From positions 11,780,001 through 11,844,000 of the forward strand of contig NW_024704752.1 in assembly GCF_018977255.1 (NCBI RefSeq): DNA of 64,000 nt, written 5' to 3'. The position numbers and the translations under genes are program-made. The DNA comes from Callorhinchus milii. Taxonomy: Eukaryota. The notes beneath the pieces are model-generated. The model saw only the letters and a list, made by a program, of their open reading frames with translations, was not told the origin of the DNA and searched no databases. Positions 37,905 through 51,107 of this stretch are shown piece after piece. Position 1 is the first letter of the stretch. The number at the start of each line of letters is the position of its first letter.

Positions 37905-38210
37905 AATAATAATAAAAACCCTTGATATTTGATATAGCGCCTTATCATATCATGATGACATTTCAAAGAGCTTCACAGGATAACCTGTAAAGTGTATTTT
38001 GTGGGCAAAACATGGCAGTCCATTGCACACAGTAGTATCCCATAAATAGCTATGAAGTGAAACACCAATTTTATTTGGCATCTCCAAAAATGCCACAGCC
38101 CCCCAGCACAGTATTGGAGTGTCAGCTTTGATTCTAAGTCTTGACATGGGGCTTGAACCCAGAACCTTTTGACTCGGAGGCGAGAGATCTTCCACTGAGC
38201 CAGGCTGAAG
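37905..38210 (-). mobile_element. tRNA/Deu SINE (SacSINE1-like head), internally deleted
   Basis: Minus strand tcagcctggctcagtggaaga...gagtcaaaaggttctgggttcaagcccc...gctgacactccaatactgtgctg..., Deu core and tail. Confidence 0.8.
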
Positions 38211-38225
38211 AGACAGCTTGATTAG

Positions 38226-38365
38226 ATATAGTGTAAAGTGAATTGACTGTATGTTCGTCCACAAATATGCAGTCAATTCACTTTACAGTATATTATGTGA
38301 AGTGCTTTGAGATATCTAGAAGACATGAAAAGCGCTATATCAAATGCAAGGATTATTATTTATTA
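38226..38365 (+). mobile_element. SINE 3' end with a fold-back inverted duplication at its 5' junction
   Basis: 38226-38252 is the reverse complement (25/27) of 38267-38293; a normal tail follows. Confidence 0.85.
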
Positions 38366-38589
38366 TATTAGTAAATACAATCGAAATATACTCTCCTGTT
38401 GTTTAAGATGTTGAATCATGTTGGGGTAAGGTTTTAGAGATAACAGCCTGTCCCATCCTGTTTCATCGCTCAGTCTTACTCCCAAGTCTAAGTGGCCATT
38501 TCTCGTTTGTGAATATTATCAGGCTGTAAATCTAATTGTCTAATTTAATATTCACAGATACTTTCTCGTGTGCATGTGTGGGAGTGGTG

Positions 38590-38790
38590 GGGTTGACAGC
38601 CATTGGATAGGTATAAGGAGGGGAGAACTCTGGATGACTTTTGCTTCTCTGACTGAAGAACACTGAGACTAACAATAGCATCCTTTCTGCCTTTGATGTT
38701 ATTTCGTACCACAGACTCGGGATCAAACTGAGGTACTTCCTGGTCTGTACATGTTAGTACAATCTCATGTAATACATTTACCCACAGTTC
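38590..38790 (-). mobile_element. Family A SINE, 5' half
   Basis: ccattggatag...gaactctggatgacttt...cacagactcgggatcaaac...ttcctggtctgtac...catttacccac. Confidence 0.55.
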
Positions 38791-41674
38791 AGGGAAGGTT
38801 GAATCATGAAAATACAAAATGAATTAATGTTTGTTTAAGTGTATTTCATGTTTTCACTATTCCCGGAATGCCCTGGCATCTGACAAGATGTGTTAAGTGC
38901 ATAAACACGAAGATCAGTCATGTCTACAATTAAATGCAGGCTTGTAGCATCCTGCAAACATTCAATATTTACTTGTGAGCTGAATAGCTATAAGTTGGAA
39001 AAAATTTCCAAGTGTTTGATAAAAATAAAATGGCTTGTGAGGATGTCCACAACAACTCACAGAGTACAGGCTGAATTTAAGTAACATTAGTACCTGAATG
39101 TTGTTTTGCAACCAGCCCAAAAGATTCAAGTTTCTGCCCTTTGTGGGCTCGTATTTTTACTTTGATATTTCAGGTGACAGGTTGTCAGGCATTTGAAGTC
39201 TAAGCTATGTGAACTATGAACAGAGCATGCCACTCAGATAGCGGTCAGGTGTCCGCTGTTTGATTGAGGGTTGCTCTGGCCTTTCGGTGAACAGTGTGCA
39301 ACAGCTCCAGGTAAAATGCCGTAGGGCATCCAACTGCGCTAAGTATATTCATGTGAAAAGGTGAAATTCCTTAGCTATGAATTATTAAGTGCTGATGTGG
39401 CTGGGAGAATTTGAAGTGTAAAAATGCTTTTCATTTTAGACTGACATAAAAAAGTGGGGGTGGGGGGGAAAAAGTGCTTTGTTCCCTTCAATTTCACCCC
39501 CAACCCCCACTTCTCTTTCCTGAAGATTCTTGCTAGGAAATGGACCAAGGCAGTGCACTCCAGTACCTTGCCAGACTCTCACATATCTTCACATTGTAAT
39601 GCAGTCGAGAGAGTCAGCAGGGTAATGCTGGAGGTGGGGGGGTTGGAAAGGCATCACAGATTGGATGATCTTTTCCTAAAAATTGATTCAATCATCGATT
39701 GAACTTGCACAATTCTTAGTTTATGTGGTGTCTCACTCCAAACAATGTATTTATCGACTGACCCATTGGATTGTAAAAGTGTGGATGGAAAGCGCAAGGT
39801 GATCAGTGCAAAGGATCTTCCACTCAATATTTCCATCTTTTGGTGGAGACACCAAGCCGCTGTTCAGCAATAAGGCTGAGATCAACAAATCAGGCACATT
39901 GATTGGTATCTCAAGAGGCGTTTTCCATCTGTCTAACCATGCAAGTTTTTATGGATCTTGCAGCAACACAACAACTCAACCAAGCTGCTGCTTTGGAACA
40001 ATAATTTTGAAAGATTTTCATCTCGAAAACAGGACACAACTTTGATCAGCGAAAACAAAGTTAGAATCTTATCTTGTTGGAATTGACTGTCCCTTTGAAC
40101 AAATATGTTGCAACTGCGATCATTTTATTTTCTCTCTTGCAGCATGATCTGATTCTGGCGTGAGTTCACCCAGAACAGATTTGCTTACACAATGAAACCC
40201 AAGACTTTTATTGGCGAAATCTCAATTAGGATTTGTTTCAGCTGTGGTTTTCAGGCAGCCCTAACCGCAGAAAATCATCTCCCATCGATTAAAGGCAAAC
40301 TCGAGTCCAACTTTAACCTTACTGTGTAGCAAACATGTGCAGAATAATGCTCTTCTATATAGCAAAGTACAAATTCTGCCCAGTGCAGCAGTAGGCTGCA
40401 CAAACCAAAAGGCTACACTTCAGAAAAGCACTAATATTGGTCTCAGTTATTAAGGAAGAAACAATAGCAGAGTTTTGCTCCCAATTGTTAGCCAGTGATT
40501 CCTAGTCAAAGGTGCATTGTGTGGATATTTGTGCAGTGGGGGAAGAGAGGGGAACAAGAACAGGATAGGACTCAGCTGTGATTTCCTCCAAACTGAGTTT
40601 TATCTGAGCAGGTTAATTTGTTTTTGATCAGCCAGTGACGGATACATGTGTCTTGATTGATATGTGTACTCTCTCCCTGGAGGAAGGTACCTTGTTTACA
40701 AATTCCAGAGAGTATTTGGCACAGGTTGACAAGAGCCAAGGCTTGAGTGCACATTGAAGTATTGCTGAAATTTAACCAACTAAAATCAGATCGCTTTGCA
40801 TTGAAAGCCCTGCCTGGCAAGCTTCCCACTTCTTGTCCAGATGTCCAGATAGAATCATCCCACCTATTAGGGTTTTGGCCTGCAGGGTGAATAGGAGCTG
40901 AGTAGGAAGCACCTCTGGCCCCAGTGATTGGTCTGCTCCTCCATATCCTGCTGATGAGCCAGGCTCACTCGTCTGGCCTTGGAGTACTAACAACAACAAC
41001 TTGCATTTATATAGCGCCCTTCATGCAGGGTAACATCCCGGAGTGCTTACTAAAGACTCACTTAGCTCAGAACCGGACTACTGAAACTGCAAAGGAGGGT
41101 TGATTTGAATCCGACTGTTACCAAGCACATCACCTTGGAGCTGTTTACCTCACCTCAAGGAGGATGGTATAGGAGAGCCTAAATTTGGCAGCAGCTCAAA
41201 CTACAAACTGTGTTTCAGTCAATCCCCTCCTGTATTTAGAAACTTGATTGTAAGCAGAGAACCGTAACTAGAAATTAGTTTTTCTTTGTAACTCCCTTGC
41301 TGTGGAGTATAATTCTTTGCTTATAATCACAACGCAAGGAATTCAGAAATCAAAACCTCTTCGTCGGCTCAGTATTAGTCAGATTGTTTGCTTGTAATTG
41401 AGATTGGTATCTTTGCATTCCCTTGCTGGGCATATCAGTGGTTTTGGTGAATGACCTTTAATATGAGAGAAGGACTAGTCACACTGTCTCTCTTAAGTGG
41501 CAGATATTTTGAAACTGGAATTTAACCAAATCTAGGCAGAACTCCGTGCAGTATTTGCAGAAAAATAGCATATATACATAGCACTAAGAGTCAAAAATCA
41601 GACCAGGGAGAAAGAAAGAGAAAATGGATTGTTGATTTAAAACGCAGCAAACAGTTTGCTCCTGATCAAGGCAT

Positions 41675-42105
41675 GGTGTCAGATTGGCTCAATTGGTTAG
41701 TTCTCCTGCCTTTGAATGTTGTGGCTTGAGCCTCAAATCAGCACTTTGAGCTCACAGTCTAAAGTGGCACTCCAGTGCAGTAGTGGGCGAACACTGTATT
41801 TTTGGCGGTGTCGTCTTTCAGTTTTGACAATTAAACCAAGGTCCTGTCTGCCTGTTCAGGTGGATATTGAAGATCCCATGCCACAATTCAGAAAGAGAAG
41901 GGAGTTGCTCCTGGAATCCTGGTCAACAGTCCCCCAATAAAATTGGTCATCTACTTCATGGCTGTTTGTGGGACATTAATGTGCATAAATTAATTGTCTG
42001 CTGCCTTCGCCTACAAATTACAGTTAATGTGAAGCACTTTGAGGCATTCTCCCTATGTGAGAGACACTATCAAATGCAAGGATTATAATTATTTATTTTA
42101 TTATT
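41675..42105 (+). mobile_element. Full-length tRNA/Deu SINE
   Basis: tggctcaattggttag head; cactccagtgcagta; ttaaaccaaggtcctgtctgcctgttcaggtggat..aagatcccatg; ggctgtttgtgggac; tail ctatcaaatgcaaggatt. Confidence 0.85.
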
Positions 42106-42514
42106 ATTCAACATTAAGCACATGTAATCCAATCATTTTAATAGGAGACAGCAGCTCATTGTAGATATACAACCACATTTACTCGGCCTGTGGGATTGGG
42201 AACCTAGTGTTTAGCACCACATGGTACCACTGTTACCTTGGGTATCCTGAATTCTCCAAACTTTTGCCTTTGTCACTTATTTGCACTACTTGAGATTAGA
42301 TGTGATTGCTAAAACAAAGAACTGAATTTGCACCCTTTGAAGAGAATGTGCCAAATCACAGGTCACCTTTCAAACATCGGTAAATGCATTACCTCCCCAT
42401 GCAAAATAAAACCCTGAAGGAGATGAATAACCAAAAGATAAAGATCACAGAAACAATTTCTCACTGACCTCAAAAGATAATCAATCATGAATTCCACGAT
42501 ATCAATATAACAGC

Positions 42515-42668
42515 ACTGTCTGTGGGACATAGCTGTGTGCAAACTGGCTACTACTGCATTTTGCCCATAAAATACACAGTAAATCCGCTTTACAGTATAT
42601 CCTGTGAAGTGCTTTGAGTCAGCTCAACAATATGAGGAGGCGCTATATCAAATGCCAGGATTTATTAT
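42515..42668 (+). mobile_element. Deu-SINE 3' part
   Basis: tgtgggacatagctgtgtgcaaactggct...ctgtgaagtgctttgag...gcgctatatcaaatg. Confidence 0.8.
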
Positions 42669-45600
42669 GATCAATCTAACATCACAATCCACACCATTCA
42701 ACCCTGACTGACTGCATTCCACAAAAAACATTCCCAGGACCTCAGACAGCATTTGTACAGAGTACTTACAATGTGAATCCCATTATATCCCCTGCTGAAT
42801 TTTTTTAACCATCTGCTTGTTCTGCTGGTTCATGTGCATATCAAAGATACCATGGCACTATTTCAAAGAACAGGGAGTTCTCCTGGTGTCCTAGCTCATA
42901 TTCCCCCTTTGTATTCACCAACGACAGATTAATTGGTTATTTCCCTCATTACTCTTTGTGGGACATTACTAGTGCTTGTTTACCTACATAACAACAGTCA
43001 TTGCACTTCAAAACAAGTTAACTCTTTGAAAGTTGAGGTATTCAAATGTTGATACTTACAAATCCTAGTTGTAAGCTTTTGAATCTGTACATATATGCAA
43101 CAGATAGTTTGCATACACACCTCTTAGTTTATTGAATACTTTGCATAATAGAGAAAATGCCCCAAGGATCTGGCAATGTTTTACAATGCACTGTACCTGA
43201 ACTGGTCAGTGCGTGAAAGCCAACCTGGAGGCGACTTTATTTAAATGCCGGAATTGACCATTAGTGTGGAATTTGAAGATGACTGACAGTTAAGTCTCTA
43301 ACTCCAAAGATTATGTCGGCTTCACTTTGGAACGGTTTAATTCAAATCTTTATTTAAGTAAAGACCTCAAAATTGCAATTTTTTTGAACAGAATCATAAG
43401 AATCCAGCGTTTGGAAAAATGGATGATCTGATGAATGCCTGTGGGCAAGGAATTATTCAAGTAAAATCAAAAAACTATCATGCAGTAAGGATGGGAAAAT
43501 GTATGCTTTCTACACAGCAGATCTGTCTTACTGAATGGCTCTGGAATGACTCCCATGGGATCTCAGTGATAAGCAAGTTATTGCAAAGGTCTCATTTATC
43601 AGTTCTGCTAATTGGGATTTCACTGCATGCCTCATAAAGCACACCGGGAGCACAGATAATGCCACCTCTAATCTCCTCAACCATTCTTATCAAGTCAAAT
43701 CGGTCAGACAGTCGGCATGAGGCTGCAACCACTGCTGGAATGCAGAGGGATAGCAAACTACTGTAGATGCTACAAAGATTATCGGCAGACCACTGGCTGA
43801 ATTCTTTGCAGGCAAGGTTGATTTCAAATCGCATGAAAATGTGGCTTCTTTCACATTACTGGGTTCATTCGTCCTATTAAGAATTGAAACCTGTGCAATT
43901 CCACTGCACATTTCCACATTTACAGTGCACGTGGGAAAATAGAGACAAAAATGCACAAACTGGCAGTTTCATCAAATTCCTCTGGACTTTCATTGTTACT
44001 TATGAAAAGAATGCATTAAACCAACCAGCACAATCTAATTAACCCTATGAGCACTGCAAGTTCCATTTTCAGCCTCCAAGTACAGCATCTACAAACACAG
44101 TTAGCTTACAGCTTTCTGGGGCCAATTATGAAGCACAGTACAGTTATACTGCAGAATTAAGTTTAATACACAAACTCATCTGCTGTGGTGGTGCTGTATG
44201 TGAAGTTGGTTGGGACCCAGAATCATATGAAATCTGACCTTCAAAAATTTAGAATATTCAGACTGATTTAGGGCCAGTGCAAACCATATGCACCCTCAGG
44301 GTGGCTTCATGCTGGTGCGAATTTAAACACATGCCAGTAAAACCTGGATGTTCAATTTCCCCCATTAAACCTCACCACGTTGTTCTGTCCGTCTACATTC
44401 CTTCTCAGAATAGTATTTCCTGAAACCACCCCCCGGTGTGCCCAGCATTAGCTATTGTCTGGTCTCATGTTTAGATCTTAAAAATAAAGTAACGCAGATT
44501 GTTAATCAAGAGGATTACACAATTTGTTATACAATGTCATAATATCAGCCATTCTGCAATCTTTCACACACAAGTTGTGATACCAACTATGTCACTATAA
44601 GAGAAGTAAGAGTGTCAGGCACTTCATTATAAATGAGGGAATATTGTTTTGAATTTTTTCATTGTGTTGCAGAAATAAGAAAATAAAGTGCAGAGAACAT
44701 AATGGTTATTTTCTTCTCTTGTATAACATCTCTTATATAACATCTTGAGTTTAACAAGTTGTTGAATTCTGTCTTAACTTTGAAGCTGATTTTCCGTAGG
44801 TCTGAAATGACTTTACAGAAAACTAGCTTCAAAATTAAGCTCATCTGCCAAATTTTGGATGCTCTAAAATGCTATCATTAACAGAGTAATTCTACACCCA
44901 GGATTCTATTTTAATAGACTAAGGATGGCTCCTGGAGTGAGCTAAGGATGATACCATGGAGCCACACTCCAATATAATTTGACGTCTTCAGGAAAGGAGA
45001 CTAATATTTTGTTTACATTGAAGTGGGCAGTTTTTTGCCTTTAGACGATTATTGTCCAATAACCTGGTGCCAATTTAACAACGCGTGTGATTTTACCTTG
45101 AATCCTTATCGAGAGAATCTGGGTATTTTATATCCCCTCAACGAGGGTAGATTCCAACCCAGTCCATTGCCCAATCCTAGTGAAACTTACACATAATTAA
45201 ATGCTATGATCTAGTTTCTAATATAAATAGACTAGCTTGAATTCCAAGACCTGATAGAAGGCACACAAACCCACCCGAATTCTTACCCTCCCAAACGTTC
45301 CTTCCTCAACCCTCACCTTTCCAATCCTGCACCCCCCCACCCCAACCCACCACTTGCAACTGTTTATTCAATCTTGTTCTTTCCAACATTGTCCCTCTTT
45401 GTTAATCTCAAGTATTTGAGAGCTATGTATTTCCTCCGTGCATTGTTGATACACTGAAACTGGTTACACAGCATCCTATAACATTGTACAGTACATGGTA
45501 ACAATTTTGAAATGTGGCACTTGAATTGGTGAATGCTTGAGCAGATATCTGTGCACATTTTGTTCTCAAAACACTTGTGAAAAAATTATCGCATTCTTGT

Positions 45601-46989
45601 AAAATTCCTGAAGTAGGTGTGGGTGAAGATTTGATGGGAAATGATATGAAACCGTGATGCTCTCACACTTGAAATGCATAATCTCAGAGTTGAGGAGGCG
45701 ATACTTAAATGGAATGATTTACATTAGCCTGGATGTGTTTCCCACCACCCCATCAATGACAAGCTTAAAAGTTCACCTCTTACAAAATGGCTTTTCATTA
45801 GATCAAGTCCCAAAACTCAATCTGCTTTACTCAAAGAGTTAAAGAGTAGGCAAGGGATCCATTTGAAGCCGCATGGGTTACAGCAGACATGTTAAATATT
45901 CATCAAGGACAGTAAACAATTTGTAACATGTTGATCTTCTGCAAAATATGACTTTCCCAGTGAAAGGAGGTGATTTGTCATTCTTTAATACCACAGTGAC
46001 AAGTTGCCCAAGCTTTGCAACCTTGTAGTGTCTTGTATCAGTGATGTGAGGGGTTGCCCTGACCTGTGTAACATCAAGAAAGACACTCTTACAAATCTGT
46101 TGTGTGTTTTTATAGGGGGGGGGGGGGGGAGAAAAGCCAGCAAGGCTAAATATTTGGAATTAATGTCAAGCCTATGAATGTTAATGCTTTTTCAGCTTCC
46201 GCAAATGTTGTGGTGCCACATGTTCTTCCCAGGCATAGCCAACGAAGACCCTTCCTTCTCTTCCTTGCCTTCCTCTGCAGGAAGGACACTCAAAAATAAT
46301 GTGTGATAGATAGAGGTGTCGCCAAATTCTCTGGCAACATTAAATCAGAGTGTACACCAACAAGAGGGTCCATTACATCTCCAATTACTTTTGACTGAAA
46401 TAAAATTTTGAACTGGTCGTTGTTGTGTTAAAATAACCTGAGATGCGTAGCTTGATGCTACAATAGAAGCATGGTAGGGTGGATATTCTGGAAGGATGTG
46501 ATCACCTGGGCCAAAGGGCCTTCTTCATCCAAACTTCTCTTGCTGTTGTGTGAAAGTCAGTCTCATTTATTACTGCCATTGGGTCACCAGATACTGTAAT
46601 TACATCAATGTAGATATCACAATGCCTATGAATTATCAACTGCAGATGTTAAGAATATAGATGTCTTTTGGTATGCATTAGTAATAAAGGCATTGCTTAT
46701 AAGTGTCAAATCATTTGGGTCATTCATCTGCTGTTTGGCAGTGCAATTAAGTTATGAGAAAGACTTACATTGTATAAACTCTATACAGTATTTTAAATGT
46801 GATAACAGTGAAGGTTTAAGGTCAGGTATAGAAGTGGAATGAAGGAAAATTTGCTAAGAGTCTTTTTTTCCACAAATAATGTCCCAAATGACCATTCTTC
46901 ACATGCAACTTCACACTGTGAAGTGCTTTGAGACATTCTCCAGTCATAAAAGCTGCATTACCAAATGTAAGGATTATTATTATTGTATG

Positions 46990-47245
46990 TGAAACCTTTG
47001 AAAAAAAATCCTGTATTAACTTTGTCAATTCTCTCTTGAAATCTTCAAGTGGGTCATATGAAAAGCTCCTCTTTTTACAAACACAGTGCAACTTTCTTAA
47101 CTTTTCCTCATAACTTAGATTCCTTATAGTGAGATCACCTTTATTCCTCACCTCTGCAATCTCCCAAGGGCAATAATAACCTTCCCCAAGGTTAAGTGAT
47201 CAGAACCTCACATGATAATCCAGATGGAATCTGACCAATGTTTGT
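46990..47245 (-). mobile_element. CR1 LINE ORF2 C-terminal relic
   Basis: LSYEEKLRKL (CR1 LSYEERL motif), and ttggtcagattccatctggattatcatgtgaggttctgatcac resembling LVRPHLEYCVQFWSP. Confidence 0.65.
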
Positions 47246-49450
47246 TCAAAAGCAATACACCCCCATTTGTTTTGTAGTGTACCCTCTAGAGGGGCTAATA
47301 TTTTCCTCATGCTCTGAACTCCATTTGTAATGTAGCTCTGAGCATTCAATCCTGTCAAGTGAAAGCTTCTCCAACTATGGTAAAAAAAAGTCTTTGCAAT
47401 GTGAAAATGGCAGGTTCCATCAACCTGTCTGCCTTCTCGACTCCTGCAAAAGACACATATTTCGACTTGAATGTTTTAGTTGTTATTTCCTGAAATTACA
47501 GTTCTGTGAACCACAAGGAATTTCTATTTTCCAAATAAAAAATACTTTTTGCGCACAGGAAGCTGGAACTAATTCTGGGAGTGTGGAAGAAAGACAGGCT
47601 GGTGGCAGGCATTTCATCACTGCAGATTTGGTAATTAGCATTATTACTACTCTTGCTTCTAATGTAACATGTGAATTACCTCTGTGCTGAATGGCCTGAA
47701 TGTGATTATTTCATTGTCTCATTGAAGAATTTCTCCAATTGTCCAGTTCTTTCAACCACTAACTATCATGTGTGAAACCAGGGCTATGCAGATCAGGAAG
47801 GTCCCTGGTGTGCGTTAAGTTGTTTTCAGCAGGGTGTTACAACAGGCTTCAGTACTCGTAAGGCTTGGGTGATGGAAGATATCAGACAATCTTTATGTGC
47901 CTAATTCATTTCCTGTGATCCTGTTCGAAAGCACAATAAAATATGTGCATGTGGAATAAGGACCCCCTACTTCCTTCAACCCACCAGCTCATGTGGAACC
48001 AGATAGATTTCCTATTGATTTGCATTAATATCTGTGTTGGACAGCACCTTCACTGTGTTACGTGAACCCTTTCAAGGGGAGGAACAGATTAAGAGCGTGT
48101 GAAAAATTTACAACAAACACAGGAAACTATTTGTTTTGCGTTCCGCCTTTATCTTTTCAATAATGCTCTGTGAGGTCAGATTTACTGCTTTGCACAATTA
48201 TTTATTTATGGATCTTTCTGATCTTTGTTTCTGTGGGAATTGTGAGCAACTGTTCCTATCGCAGGCAGTAGAACAATGGGCTCTTCTGGCCAGAGTCTGC
48301 AACGTAAACATAGTCTCTGACCAATTAACTCTTTAAAGAGTGCAGCAGCGGCAGGTCAATATGAAACCAAAAATGAGATTACAATATTTCCTCCTATTGA
48401 ATGAGTATTGAATAGAGGCGCCAAATCTTTCTACTGATTCTGTTGGACTCTCCTTAAGGTCAGGTTCATTGAGGATCATTTTCTCCTCACAGTGATTCAC
48501 TAAAGATGCTTCAGTTTATTTGTATCTATCGTCCAATGTAACAGTGATGATCTCTGAATATCTTGTACATCTCAATTATTTCTACTCAAATAGTCTGCCA
48601 TGTGGTCAGACTGAGTGGCAACACCCGAAATTGAAGCACAAAACAGTACGAGTGCAGTTCAAATGAGAGCTCCCTCTAATGAATAGTACTAAATAAACCA
48701 GACATGGACTTAAATCCACAGCTTGTCTCATTTTTATGGATCTCAGCTGAAGCTTTCAATAACATCTCATACATTGAACTCGCATGCTCCATTTACAAGA
48801 TTTCATGTTCCAGAAAATGCAATAAAAAATGTATTACCATTGCTGGACTGAGAACTGCATTATGTTTCAAGACCCTGTAATGTCTACTGTTGCTGTATAT
48901 CTGCAATAATGAACAGTTGTCAATCTCAGACAGAATCTTTTTCAAAGTCTATTGGAACTGATTTAAACACAACTGTTCAGCTTGATTTGACTGATGTGTT
49001 GACAGACATGGCACTATTCAAAAACAGAAACGAGTTTCTTAGTCAACAATTCCCCCCCAATAAAATTGACCATTCACTTCATGGCTGTTTGTGGGACATT
49101 GCTGTGTGCAAATTGGCTGCCGCATTCACTCACAAAAACATATAATCACTACACTTCAGAGGGCAGCTGTTTACTGTCAATCTCGGCTCCAGTGGTTTCA
49201 GGTGAGGAGTGGGGAAAATCAGAGAAGCAAATATATTAATAAAAATTATACATACTTCCTTCTAACATTCCATAAAATGAATCGTCTAGCACATACATGC
49301 ACACTTAATTATAATCTTTGCATTTGATATAGGGCCTTAACACGTCTTTGAGAAATCTCAAAGTGCTTCACAGAATACACTGTAAAGTGAACTGATTGCA
49401 TATTTTGTGGGTGATATAATCTTTTAACAAAATGAGCTTGCTGAACAATT

Positions 49451-49547
49451 TTAATGGGTTTGAATCAATGGGTCACTAGTTATGTAGCATGCCAACCCGA
49501 CTTCTTTGTGGTGTGGAATTTCTGATTGGCACTCTCTAGCTAAGCGG
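49451..49547 (-). other. Candidate exon downstream of a ~135-nt AG-free pyrimidine tract
   Basis: No AG on the minus strand between ~49687 and the acceptor ...tctttctccatcag|CCGC. Open only in phase 2 (RLARECQSEIPHHKEVG...TH*); PLS* in phase 0. Confidence 0.3.
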
Positions 49548-50811
49548 CTGATGGAGAAAGAAGAGACAAAGAATGAGGCAGAGAGTGAGAGAAAGAGAAT
49601 AAGGCAGGCAGTGAGAGCAAGAGGCAGAAGGAGCGATAGATAGAGAGCGAGAAAGGGAAGGAGTGTGTACAAGTGCCAGAAATTCCTAATGTACAAGGCA
49701 CCCTTAACTGCTGATTCTCCTGGCCACTTTCAACAAACCGGCGTTCATATGCCAACCATTTATGGGCAAAAAATCTTCAAAACACGCAGCAGAAAACAAA
49801 GGAACACAACCAATATTTAACGGTCAACTTTTACCAGCTGTTTTACAGAAGCATCTTTCCTGTGCGAGTTGTGGTAAATCAGATAACTTTGTGAGGTGCT
49901 GGGTGTCTTGCTTTAATTGTTCACAAGTATGCATTACCTGCTAAATATAACACCATGACTCCATCTCTCAGGCAGCCACAGTTTGTTGATCTTGGAACCG
50001 AAAATGATCCCAAACCACAGAGCTTGGCGAAGTGTCCAAAAGCCAGCGAGAGGCTGACAATGAAGACATGTAGCTAGCTTCTCCATGCTTCCCAGCTGGT
50101 TGCCATTTACAGAGCAGTAAAACAAATTGTGTTGAACTGACTAGATTTCTCTTTATGAATGTATCGCAATGTCTTTAATGCTGGGATGACCTAAACCCGC
50201 AGACACCAGCAATAAACTCGGTCGAGTCTGTGCATTTCAGTTTTAATTGACCACCTCCACAGTCTTTGCTGGCTGCTGAAGCCATTCGTAGCTGTTAAAC
50301 GATGTCAATGATGGGATGTGGGACATCACAATGTTACAGATTGTATCTGCCCTGTTGATGTCATGCATGGAAATGTAATGGACCATTTAAACCAACTTTC
50401 TGCTACCTAAATAACAGTGGAAATGTGTGTTTGGGACACAAGCCATATTGATTTCTCTGTAGATGTGTGACGTATAGACATATCATTGTCATTTTTGAGT
50501 GTTATTGGAGAGGTGGCAGGGCCTGGAAATCTATATGCCAGGAGCCACTCTTCAATACAGAAAAGGTCATAACATATTGGCTCCACTGGCAATGTGAAAA
50601 GTGGAAAATCCTAGCATTCTGAAAAGTAAATGCTCAACAGTGAGCATCCTATTTTGTACCAAGCACGTTTTACTTTTCAAAATGCTCAGATTTTCCACTT
50701 TCCTTATATATTTCCATTTCATACCAGTTACAGAAGAGCACTGAGTATTCTGGAGGCAGTTAAGCCAAGAGTGAAACCCTTCACTGCAAAAACTCTATCA
50801 ACAATATATTG

Positions 50812-51107
50812 CCTTTGCCATCATTCCTCCAGGTCTCTCGTCCCCCAATACTCCGCTCCACCCTCGGCGGCTGTGCCTTCAGCCACTATGCCCCGAGGCT
50901 CTGGAACTGCCTTCCTCACTCCCTTCGTCTCGCTCCCTCCCTTCCCATTTTCAGGTCCCTGTTGAAGACCTTTCTTTTCGACCGTGCCTTTGGTCACCTT
51001 CCTCCCCCCGGCTCAGCCCCGGGATCCGTTACTGTAAAGCGCTCTGAGATGCCATCCGGCATGGAGGGCGCTATATAAATCAAAGTTGTTGTTGTTGTCG
51101 TCGTCGT
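50812..51107 (+). mobile_element. L2 LINE 3' end (second L2 family)
   Basis: LQVSRPPILRSTLGGCAFSHYAPRLWNCLPHSLRLAPSLPIFRSLLKTFLFDRAF. Tail gcgctctgagatgccatccggcatggagggcgctatataaatcaaa(gtt)n. Confidence 0.92.

Noticed and set aside
40143-40159. Plus-strand 17-nt microexon (tttctctcttgcag|CATGATCTGATTCTGGC|gtgagt)
   Set aside because: The sites are good, but it is isolated, frameshifting and on the opposite strand to the other candidates; it cannot be told from a pseudo-exon.
40691-40764. Minus-strand 74-nt exon candidate
   Set aside because: Weaker donor (gtacct) and acceptor, and no recognisable peptide.
41061-41086. Minus-strand ~25-nt exon candidate with gtgagt donor
   Set aside because: Stops in all three frames and adjacent to an L2 tail. 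It shows that pseudo-exons do arise by chance here.
42392-42412. Minus-strand 21-nt exon candidate (GFILHGE)
   Set aside because: It lies in what looks like a degraded repeat, similar to ~9630-9750 and ~25940-26040.
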